DNA of 64,000 nucleotides from Tubiluchus corallicola. Lineage: Eukaryota > Animalia > Priapulida. The translations under genes were made by a program, and so were the position numbers. Below, one piece after another: positions 12,491 to 24,030 of this stretch. Below the pieces are notes generated by a model that was not told the DNA's origin, made no database searches, and was given only the letters and a program-made list of their open reading frames with translations. The DNA lies in assembly GCA_030141605.1 (NCBI GenBank), contig JAQGDQ010000004.1, positions 1 through 64,000 on the forward strand, given 5' to 3'. Numbering within the stretch: position 1 is the first letter of the stretch; each line of letters begins with the position of its first letter.

Positions 12491-15400
12491 TTATAAAAAA
12501 GAAGTCGGGTTTACATTGAGTACATTTGCATGGCTATTAATTAGTTCTCTGATAGGCCCTACAAGACCAATCAATTGAACGTCATGGCATTTATGCCAGT
12601 TGTCTTCAACCATTCCACATCTGGATAAAATGTCTGCAATTTCTTCTCTAATGAGAGGAGCTTGCATGGCTATGCTAAATCGTACGTTCCAGCTTCTATG
12701 TGACACAGCTGCAGAATAGATATGTGCCAACAGATGCGCTACAGCCATATTATGTTTCTTTGTATAAATATTTAAGGCATAGCAAACATTATTTCCGGAA
12801 AATACATTATATGTACATCCAAAGCTGATACTATCACAATTTTCTCCAGTGGACTGTGTACTAACATAAACTGTTAAGTGTTCATTATTCATTACGTGCT
12901 CGACATTTTCCACCATATTTTTGTAAGGTACCCAGCAAATGACTACTGTATCTTCATAAAACAGTTTCTTGTAGATATCTTGCGATAGCAGCAGTGAGTG
13001 AATCTGTGATTTACTGAGTTGAACCAACCCGCTAAAGTCTGGATATGTCAGTTTGCCCAGCTGGAAGCATTTTAGAATGTCTACTGCTCTGGTAGATGTG
13101 GAAAAGAAGTACAACTGAAGCAGAAAAAAACAAGAATTTTAGCCAACTATATCACCAGTTGTTAATTTAGATAATTTCATTACTTGACAAGACATATTTA
13201 GCTTGTTTATTTATGACCGAATCACCCAGCTGGTCCAACGTCCCTTTAAACAATTAATTCTCTTGGGTTGCAAATGAAAAATCACACTAGCTAGGTAAGG
13301 TGGCTTTAGAAAAAGTTAATACACTTTCCACCAGAAAAGGAAAACCACTACCAAGGAAAAGTACAACTGGTAAAACGTATAAATGCTATTAGAAATATCC
13401 ATCTGATTTTAAATATTTTAGTCGTAATTTTCTTGGATTTTTTTGTGAAAAAGTTTATCAAAACGTGATAAAATTATAGTGAAAGGTTCTTCTACGTGGG
13501 ATTTTGTGTTTAGCTTATATCCACTTATTTTTAAGTTTTAAAAAAGAGAAACAAAATTTGGCGTTATCCAAAGCCATTTGTGATGTTTCTCCTTAGGGAA
13601 GAATCTTCTTCCATAATCATGTGACACTAAAATACGTGAAAATTTTCCAAAATAAAAATAACCCTTGCCTGTACAATTGAATAAACACCACACACCGATA
13701 CCTGTTATGCAAAATTTATCACGTCTTAATACCCCAACAGACGAAGAAAATATATGTAATGCAAAATCCAGCTTTTAAAATACCAAACACTTTCCCTCGG
13801 TGAAATTAACTTGATTTAAAGAAAACTGATCTATAAACACCACCATTTCAGTATCTTATAATTATTATAATTCTTCCAAAACGTCATGTTCTTAGAAACA
13901 AGAAAGACAGAACCAAAGAACCCCAGCATATATTGGGCTAGTAAGTACTCTGAAGTAGGGCTTAGTAAAAATGCGATAGTTTAGTTCAGAGATGACTGAG
14001 GAATAACGGATAAGTAGGCGCATGAATAATAATTTGAAAAAGTACTGCCATTCACGTTAGTTTCTGTATTACCTTTGAATTAACTATTCAGAGAAAAAGT
14101 TTAGAGAAAAGTGAGAGGACATGCAAGTTTCTGATGGTCTAGATGCTGGAGATTTTTTTCTTGTAACATGTTGTATTATGAAAGTAATTAAATTCGATAA
14201 GAACAAACATAATACTCACTGTTTCAGGAATCAATAACTGCATGGGGTTTTTCGTCACATAACAGCTCTTTTCTATTGAACTGGTGCTCACTACTCTTTT
14301 TACCGGTGAATTTACTTTGAGTAGTTTTTCAAGGTAGAATGTTAATATACGCTCAGGAACTCCTTTTCGTTGGTGGTTGGCATCAACACGTGCTGCCCGG
14401 GATACAATGGTCTTTCCTCTATCCAAAAGGTGGTAAAACAAGAATCCAACCTGGAAAAGTTTTTTTTAAAATTTTTACTTTGGTTAGGTGGCTCACATGT
14501 AAATACAAAATTATTGTGTTTGTTGAATGCATTAAGTGTATATGAGTGAATGAGTGATTTTGTAAGTGAAACAGATGTTCACAAATATAAAACAAATTTT
14601 CAAACAACTAAAAAATTTTTAAAACTTTTTAAATTTAGTTCCTATTCATGTTGTTTATGTTGTGCCTGCCGCAGCCCTTTTACACAATGTATACCAGATT
14701 ACTCTAGAGTCACAATCGTAGCAGAAGAAAGGATCATAAAATTGTAAATGTAGACATAAAACTCTCATCTGCTGCGTAAGAGTTTATCACATATAAAGAA
14801 CGTCATAGGCACTTTGTCTGCAATCAAATTTGAGGGACTTCTGAAACACCCTAAGACCTATAAAATTATCCATTAGTAATAATAGTTACTTAGCAAAATA
14901 GAATAACAACAACCCACTTGCTGTACAGTTAACCTAAAGCTAGGGCCTAGCTTAGGTAGCATAATTAGTGTAATTAAATTTTCAATATTTTTATTTTTAA
15001 TAGCTGCGATGAAAAATATCTTGTAATTTTACTTACAACTTTGCGTTCAAATTCACAAACAAGTGCATCAATGTTCCAGCAACGAAGAAAATTATCGTAT
15101 AGGGCTGGAAGGTAATCGTGTCCACCACCATAAACTAATACATTAAGGTTTAAGATTGCCTCCTTATCGGCCAATGTAGCATACCTAAAGTAACAAGGAA
15201 TATTATTTATAAAATCGAACGATCTATATTAGGGTTAACTAATCATTGTTTTATTAGGTTATGACAGTTACTATAATTTTTATGAAGTTTTTGGCACCTA
15301 TTATGTGCTGTCTGCTGTGCAACTCATCTGGTAGTGCACATGCAAGCTGTCCTAAACCATGTGAAGTGATTACTTACGTGAGCACGATCCTAAAAATTAT

Positions 15401-17956
15401 AGGCCAATCTCTATTCTACATATTGTCTGTAAAATTACTGAAAGATCGGTTACTGATGAGCTGGCTAGTTACATAAACTGTAACTGTTTACTATCTGAAA
15501 ACTAATCAAGTTTTCGCAAATACCATAGTTGTGAAACAGCTTTGTGTAACATCATAGATGTGATGTGCCAGCATTTGTTGTGCTAGATCACAAAATATTG
15601 TTAGACAAGTTATAATGGTACGGCACCAGAGGCACAGCATTGGAATGGTTTTCATCTTACTTAAATAATTGACAGCAGCTTGTGCAGTTTAATAAGGCAC
15701 AATCAGGTAAGAAATTTATTACATCTGGTGTACCCCAGGGCTCCATATTAGAACACATCTTGTTCCTACTGCATATCAACGATTTGCCTCAAAAGTTGCA
15801 ACTTTGTTCACTGGAAATGCATGCTGACGATAGCACCGCATAAGTTAACTCCAAAAATATTGGTGAAATCAAAACTAAGCTACAATACGATGTGAACAAT
15901 ATATATCAATGGATGTCAGCTAATAAAATGAGCCTTAATGTAGTAAAAAATAAAACAATGGTAGTGTGTAGTGCCAAAAACTAGCCCGTACAGCCAATTC
16001 ACTAGATCTTGATATAAAAGCAAACGGCACTCGCTAGAGCAAGTTCACACAGAAAAGCTGCAAAATCTTTTAATTGATGACCATCTTACCTGGCAGCACC
16101 AAATGACTAAACTTAGAGGTTTGATAGCTCAAAAGGTGGGGATAATGAAAAAAGCACGTCCCTACATCAATGCTGGCAAAACTACTCTACAATGCTACAG
16201 TACTGCCACACCTCACATACTGTTCGACGGTCTGGGGAAATTGCAGAAATAAAAAGAATTTAAAAAACATAATTAGTTGACAAAAACGCGCGGGAAAAGT
16301 TATGACGGGATCCACATCAGCAGAACTCCTGAAAGATGCTAAAATCATCCCCGCAGATAAATATGTTGACTACCGTCAAATACATGGGCACGGGCAGGCG
16401 GATGCACCCACGCGCGTGAGTCCACGGAATTTCTTAAGAAAAATTTTTTGATGGCCAAATAAATTTTTTTAGCAGTAAACCAAGAATCATATCAACCCCT
16501 TGTTTGTTTGCGCAATTGCCGAGCAGTAAGCTGATTTGTATAGTGAAGTTATGTTTATGTATGTCACTTACATAGTGTCAATTTTCTTATCGATTGTGTA
16601 GACACTATTTAGCTAACTGTAACTGCACTTCTGCATGTAGGGAGTGGGCTCAACGGGCCAGGGACCCTCTTTCACGGTAGTAGTGAAATTATGAGTCACG
16701 TGTTTGAGATGACGTAATGAGTTTTAAACTAGTGAACTTGTCTGAGGAAATAGTTTCTAGCAACTACAGAATGGTCTAAAATGCAGTAAAATGTATGTGT
16801 GGCCGAGATGTTCTGCTGTTTAGCTGTGTCCGGTGGAAAAAATTAGCACGCATGCAAAAGTACTAAATTTTGTATGAACAGTCGGTGGGCTGTAAACTTA
16901 ACAGTCTCAAATCAGTTTTATGTTTGACTATCCACATTGGGCAGTTGTGTTTAACTAAACCTAGAAGTAAATATGGCAAAGCAACATTATAGTGGCTCAT
17001 TATTGCATAATATTATAGATAGAGGTTTACGATTCAAAGGGACACAAAGCCCTACTGAGGGAACTTTTGCCTTAATTTATTTTAACCACCAGCTTATACC
17101 TATTGTGCATTTGTGCCTTATTGTATTTAGCAACTTTAGAATACACGCTCGTATGAGTCGTGTGTTTAATCTAATATATATCGTACCTTATTACGCATGT
17201 ATTGGTAAATTTTAATGTATAATTTGTACTGTGATTTATATTTCAACACTTTTAAAACTATAAAATTTGTGAAACTGTATACGATTTTAGCCTTATATTT
17301 AAATTTTATAACTATTTATAACACAAATGCATGTTGTTTATGTTGTGTTTATTCTATAATTCTTAACTTCACATTTTATTAATAACATTTCTTATTTCTA
17401 AAATTTAATATGCTTAATTTGAGTATGGATGTATCATTTTTGTGTTATATTTATTTTGCAATACTTTTCCTACATTTTCATTTTTGTAATATTTTTGTAA
17501 TTAATATACTAATTTTACTGTTGAGTGTGTTACAATGTGTTGTGCTTATCTTAATAATGCTTTTCTTAATTTGTTGTTTTTCATTAATAATAGTATTTTT
17601 ATTTTTAGTAATTACTGACCGCTCTTCGACTGTAATCGAAATAATGTTATGTTTTTACATATCTTAGTGAAAATTAATTTCTATTCTATTCTATTCTATT
17701 CTAAGCTGCAGTTTAAACATGTTCGACTATTCTGTGTCTCTGCAGTACGGAACAAACAGGAATGCTTTCTCTACAAGTTAATTTAACCATAATTAAAACA
17801 CAAATTTATTACTAATTTCAACATAGATACCCTACTATGAGATTACTGCAGCTATGCTGCTCAATCCTATACCTATTCAGTATAGCCCAATTTCGCTAGA
17901 ATCAGATGTTTTCATTACCTGACTGAATAGCGAGGGTCAATTTGGTTTCCATCCAT
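12491..17956 (-). CDS. NAT16/histidine N-acetyltransferase-like GNAT protein, paralog B (~346 aa, 4 exons)
   Basis: Exons 17956-17919 (MDGNQIDPRYSV), 15184-15037 (RYATLADKEAILNLNVLVYGGGHDYLPALY...), 14450-14220 (VGFLFYHLLDRGKTIVSRAARVDANHQRKGV...) and 13114-12491. All introns are GT-AG. Exon sizes 38/148/231/624 versus 38/148/237/624 in paralog A. Confidence 0.85.
15470..16380 (+). mobile_element. Decayed CR1/L2-group LINE reverse-transcriptase fragment in intron 1 of paralog B
   Basis: Motifs NQ..FRKYHSCETAL (~15505), SGVPQGSIL..ILFLLHINDLP (~15724), HADDST (~15820) and YCSTVWGN (~16220), broken by stops and frameshifts. Confidence 0.85.
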
Positions 17957-19061
17957 ATGTCAAAAATGATAAACAATATGCCTACTTCTTATAATTATAA
18001 CACTTAATAGTTATCAGCCTACATAGTGCATACGTGTTACACAATGGTTGCAAGTTGAAGCAGGAAATAGGACTTTGTGTAAATAAGATAAGCATGTTGC
18101 ACAAACCAGTATGTTTGTTTTTGATAATCTAGTAAAAATATTATACACATAGAACGTTAGAGACCTATTTGCAATGCAAGGGTTGGTCTACAGAACTGCA
18201 TTACAGCCTTTTTACAGGTGTTTTATCTCCTGTTATAAAGATTATACCTTTCTGTATAATTCTTAATTGCTATATTCGCATTTGTCAGTATATTTTTCAA
18301 GTTACAAGTTAATATGCTTATGGAACTGCTGCAATCAGTTTTAACTTTTAAATTTTATTGTGATCGATTACTATAACTGCATGACGTAATATTAATATGC
18401 ACTACTGAAATAAACAAAAAATAATAATTAATAACGACACTAAAGACGAGGTAACGATGATATACAATAATTTGTAATAGCTGACTTGTCGAGAATAAAA
18501 AATAATAATTTAGTTTATCAAGAAATTGGAGTTCTTAATTTCGTAAATTTGAATGAATTTAGAAAAATATAAATTAATTCGTTTTTGTGAAATAATTACA
18601 CATAATAATTTACGTGTTTACCTCAAAAGGCTATCGAAGCAGTTACAGTTAATCAATTTTTAAAGGGCCATCCAAAAGTATGTCAATACCATTGAAGAAC
18701 GAAATATAGATTGGATTCCTGAGAAACATGTCTGCAAACACTGAGTTTTTCTACGGCATGATACTAGTACCTTTAGTTGTAGATGCCTAGTTTTTTGTTC
18801 TACGTAGGTGTATATAGTGTAATGTACCAAATCATTACAATCTTTTCACGTGTGTAGTTAAAGTGCAAACGCCACAAAAAAAGTTTGTTTAGAGATTGAG
18901 GGTATGATATAACCCAGTTTTGGGTTCCTTACACAATGTTACTACCATGCTACCAAAATTAAAGCCTCAAAAATAGCCAAAATAATGGGGGTAGCTGCAA
19001 AAGAGAGTTAAATTATCATACAATTTTATTCTCAAATTTATCACCAGTAACTTTTATGGCT

Positions 19062-20719
19062 GGGCAATTCCACCACTATGTCAACCCACACACCAAAATT
19101 TTGAAATTATTCTACAAAGTTGCTTGTGTATTAATTACGCAGATAATGTCACCTAGTTTTGAAGAAAAATACTTTTCATACAAAATAAACACCTTTAGAT
19201 TGAAATATAGCCTTGAATATAGAAATTCATAATCTGCACGTGAGACATGCAAATTTGGTGCTGATTTTGCTTTTTCATAATTCCTGTAGAAACCAGTCTG
19301 AAGTCATTCTCCATGTTAGTTCTTTAAGTCCACTACATAGACTTTTCAGTGTGGTGTAAAGTGTTGTCTTGGATGTTTTCTCTTCTGCATGCTACTCGGG
19401 GAAACCTGACCCTATCGTTGTGGTACGTCCAACACCAAAAATTAGCATTTATTGTTTTCACAACAATGCGATTTGGTCCCAGTACCTTCAGTGTAAAATA
19501 CAATGCAAACTTCATGTCTGCAGCACATACACATCGATACATGACATTAGATGATAATGGTGTAGTAGATTATAATGTACATCCGACACAACGTACATCG
19601 GACATCACGTACATCCGACACCAAACTGGTACACATTGGCCCACAGGCAGCCCTAGTATTGACGAAACACAATTGCATTGTGGGACACCTGACCTTGAAG
19701 GAAACATTCTGTGAAGTTAGGCTTATTTCAATATTCGCAATAAGGTCAGGTCTCATAATGCAACTATGCTTCACCCATAATAGGGCTATCTGTGGGCAAA
19801 TGTGTGCTAGTTTGGTGTCAGATGTACCCACTGTCGGACATACATTATAATGCTCATCTTTCTGTTGCACCATTATCATCTAATGCCATGTATCTATGTC
19901 TATGTGTTGCAGACATGAAGTGTGCATTATATTTTAGACCGTAGGTGCTGGGACTCAATCGTATTCATGTGATAAGAATAATGTTGATTTTCGGTGTCAG
20001 ACATACCACAATTATAGAGTCACATTTTTTTATGAAGCATACACAAACAAAAAACATCCAGGGCAACACATTACCGAAAAGTTTGTATATTCGACTTAAG
20101 GAACTAACATGTACAATGACCTCTTACATTTTTTACATCGAAATATTTTTTCTTATAACCAGTGCAGGCTTAGTCACTATAATGACAGGCTGAAAAGTTC
20201 ATTATTGAGTTTAACTTTTACTTTTTTGATTATTTTGATTTAAGTTGCTTTAGTTTTACACGTACACTGTATTTGTGAAAAAACCTAGCTTACAAATCCT
20301 CCAGTTTTTATTTAGTTTTTGCACAGGTACGTCCAACACCAAACAAAAATCAAACTGAACAACTAGCTTCAACTTAATCAAGCTCAACATCCTAACCATT
20401 ATTTACGTAAGTAGGAACAGGACACACATCAAAAAGTTAAACCCAACTATCCATACTCAGCCAACTATCCATCCAGAATTTTGAATCTTATTCAAGCAAG
20501 TCTTAAAAATATACGTTTTCTTCGTACATCCGACACCATGATATTTTATAAAATTATTTCACAAATTACAAACACAAAGAGACTAATATAGCTTGAACTT
20601 ATAGAGGGGACTGCCTTTTATATATAAGACCTACAATTACATAATAATGATTATTATGTAAAAACAGCCAGCAACGAATCAGCGTTCCGAAATGTACATC
20701 TGACACCGTGGAATTGCCC
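19062..20719. mobile_element. Non-autonomous DNA transposon (Sola2-like termini) with a large internal palindrome
   Basis: TIR GGGCAATTCCAC...GTGGAATTGCCC with a perfect 4-bp TSD GGCT (19058-19061 and 20720-20723). Internal inverted repeat ~19300-20120 and a recurring GTACATCCGACACC motif. Confidence 0.8.
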
Positions 20720-21869
20720 GGCTACTAGAACAGAAGTAGCTATTATAACCATGATAATTATAATTATATTATCATAATACGATTATAAATAAGTATAAAA
20801 TTACGACAATAGTAATTGTATTATTTTACTTATAATAAAAATGTCACTTGTCAGTCTGATTGTGCAGCGCACGAGAAATGTACGGAAGTTTATAACGGAG
20901 CTGCTGCAAAAAACGAAGGGTACGCATTCCGTCAGATTTAATCTCTTGTCTCAATCTGTTTGTCTAAACGAGAAGTTTGGGAATTTAAATTTACTTATAG
21001 TTATTGCTATAGTTTTTGATAATTGTTGTCACTATTAATCACAATTTTCAAAATTATTGGTCTTACCGACGGAACTGTATCAGAAATTATTAATGAACAT
21101 CATTTGCCAGTAGGCACTAACTTGTTACACGTGCTGTCGTGTCTTAAAATAAATGTCTTAATTTCAGAAAAAGATTCGTTTGAACGTAGTTAAGGTAAAT
21201 AATATCAAATTTAAGAATGTTAAACCATGTTGCACTGGACTGAAAATTAAAAGACTTTAAGGGAAAACTTGCCGATAAAATTTCTAATCAAACGGAAATG
21301 CCTTTAACTAAAAGAAGTAAAAATTTATGAATTCATAAATAATCTAAATAAACGAATTAAAAAACCACAGCTATACTAATCTTTGATGCACAAATATGCG
21401 AAATCTGAAATTTCACATAGAAACGTAGAAACTCGGTCTTGAACTCACAACTATAATTATTAGTTGTGACTCACAATTTCACAACTAGTATTATATTACT
21501 ATAGTATTGTATAACAGTATTTAGAAAACTCATGTATAACTCAGTGTAAAACAAAGCCCTTGCTGTAATTGTATTTACACACAACAAAACGCAAGTATAA
21601 TATTTACACATGGTATGAAGCAGAACAGTAAATTCTAAGTTGGAAAATGATGAATTTCTGTGTTTATAGTTTGGATAGAATTGTAGTTGTTGATTAAGTA
21701 GATGACCTTTCTACTTTTAAAACCAGTGCTGCTATAATAAAAGATTTGAAGAAGTTTTCTTACATCTCATAAAAAGTTGAACTGGCACATAGTTAGCTGG
21801 TGGAGGTATTGTCCTTTATGCTCACGAATTGGGTCTCCCTATTTTAGTGAACTTAATGAATGTAATTTT

Positions 21870-22330
21870 GGATGCAATGGATGTAATTTTGAGCATCCAT
21901 TCACTAAACTGATGGACCTACGTAATCTTGGACGTAACTTCGAGCATCCATTCACTAAAGTGAAGTCTATTTTGATGAACGTGATTTACGTCCATTTACT
22001 ATATTGTAAGTTATTTGAACACACTGGACGTCCATTTGGTATGTGCACTTGAACGCGATGGGCATAGTTTCGAGCATCCATTCATAGGATAATTTAAAGT
22101 TAATTAATGGACTTACATAATTGTTGACATGGTGGGCAGGCTTAATTTTTAGTGCCAGCTGGACGTTACTTTAAACGTGATGGACTCCATATCATGTGCA
22201 AACCAATTTGATTAGTTTTTGCTGCGCAATTTTTATTTTAACTGTACGTCCATCACGTTCATTAAATTAGCAAATAGATGTCCAATTTATGTCCGTCACG
22301 TCAATATTATGTTTCGTCACATCCATTCAT
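21870..22330. repeat. Interspersed repeat with short internal repeats (GAGCATCCATTCAC, GGACGT)
   Basis: GAGCATCCATTCA at ~21891, ~21942 and ~22072 plus several GGACGT/ACGTCC motifs. No convincing ORF. Confidence 0.4.
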
Positions 22331-22539
22331 TTAGGATTTGCCTCACGAGGGTGAGTCTTCTTCTTCCAATGTCACTTACATGTACTGGCCTACTTTTTGG
22401 TAGCTCAGCTGTTGTTCATCCTGCCAAGGGTGCTGATCCTAATTCTAAACCTAACATTTGTTATATTAAAGATGTAACAACAGATGTTTCAGTCAATTTG
22501 GTATCTGATGCTTTACAGTCTTTAGCCTGCAAATAGAAA

Positions 22540-24030
22540 AATTGGATAGACTTCGGTATTTTGACTGCCGAAACGTCGAAAACCTATGCTTGCTTTGAGA
22601 GTATGTTGCACTCATTCTAAACTTGATAAAGATTTGGAATTGAAATTGATTCACATAGTGGTCTCAAGCAAGATTGCCAAATTGTGTCATCAAGAAAATC
22701 TCCAGTAACTAGGTGCTACAACTGCTTGCGTTATGGTTACATTGCTAACATGCCCCTTTGAATGTCACTGTTTAAACTGTGGTCTAAATGATTATGATAT
22801 CCAGGTCTGTCAGAATGTTCCGTCATGTTAATTGTGGTGGCGGTCTTGCAAGTATTTCTTCTATATGTCCAACATTTAAAGTGCTGAGGAGTAGGCGAGA
22901 TTTATTTGGAATAATTTAGTAATGTATATATATTGATGTTATGGTGACGGCTTTAAAGTTTATTGGAATTTCTGGTTTACTTATTTTATTTATTTTGTTG
23001 TCAGTTATAAATTACTGTGATATAAAGATGAAAATTTCTGTTGCCAATTGTCCTTCCTTTTATAACTCAAAGAGTTATTTTGAAGCACAAGAACTTCTTG
23101 GGAAAGCCTTTGTGTTGAATTCTTTAGGCAGTATTCCACATAATGCTGTTTTTGCATTTATTAATGGTTCTTGTATTAACAATCCTGGGCCATGTGGAGC
23201 AGTAGCAGTAATTTACACGCATTTTCAGGAATTTCATCAGATCAGTGAACCAGTAGCACTGCATGGTTTTCATCTTGTTATCTGAACTCTTCACTGCGTT
23301 TGCTGTTTTGCAGTTTCTTGCAGAAACAATTAATCTTTATTTTTTCAGAGAGTCAACATTCAGTAGGCATTACATCTCTAGGATGGTTTTTTTATCTGTT
23401 ATAAAGATTTATGTGACAGTATAAAAAATTATGTTAAATTTCTTCTTAGTCATGCTAATGTTAACTTTGTATGGATTTCTGATCATTGTAATATTATTGA
23501 AAATGATCTCACTGATTCCTTGGCTAAAAAGGCTGCCCATGGTGCTCAATTTATGGATGTTAATTCCAGTATTTGCACTTTGCACAATTTCAAAAATGCA
23601 AGCCGAAAAACTTTACTTCGTAAATGGCAGTTTTGGTGAAATCACTCTTCAAGTGGTAGATTCTTCTACAATTTGTGTTCTTCTGTGATCTTCAATAGAG
23701 GGCTTGATTTTCCGTCAAAGTCCCAGTGTTCCAAGCTATGTACAAGCTACTCTAAATTTAGTGACCGTCTTCATAAGATTGGAAGCGTCAATTTTCCATT
23801 CTGTGAGTGCAGTTAGCGAAATCTACAAAACATTTTTTGTCTGAGTGTATGCTTTATTCTAATGAAAGGATGTGCTGATATACAACATTGCCCAGCATAC
23901 TGGCGTATTTAATTTTAAGCTAGTAGACATATTGTCATGTGAAGACACTGACCAAAAAAGATGTTGATTTTGAGGCGATAATTAAATATCTTTGTTCTTT
24001 TATAGATAACACTAAACATTTAAACAAGCC
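22540..24030 (+). mobile_element. Internally deleted I-group-like LINE: Gag triple CCHC knuckles + RNase H + C-terminal CCHC
   Basis: 22700-22880 reads RCYNCLRYGYIA..CP..CLNCG....C..C.NCGGG....CP. 23130-23210 reads FAFINGSCINNPGPCGA, ~23475 WISDHCNIIENDLTDSLAKKAA and ~23800 CEC...HFLSEC. Frameshifted, with no endonuclease or RT in between. Confidence 0.75.

Noticed and set aside
19570-19630. Short spaced repeats resembling a CRISPR array (also 9655-9900 and 21890-22085)
   Set aside because: Eukaryotic context, degenerate 8-14 bp motifs, no regular unique spacers and no cas genes. Better explained as transposon subterminal motifs.
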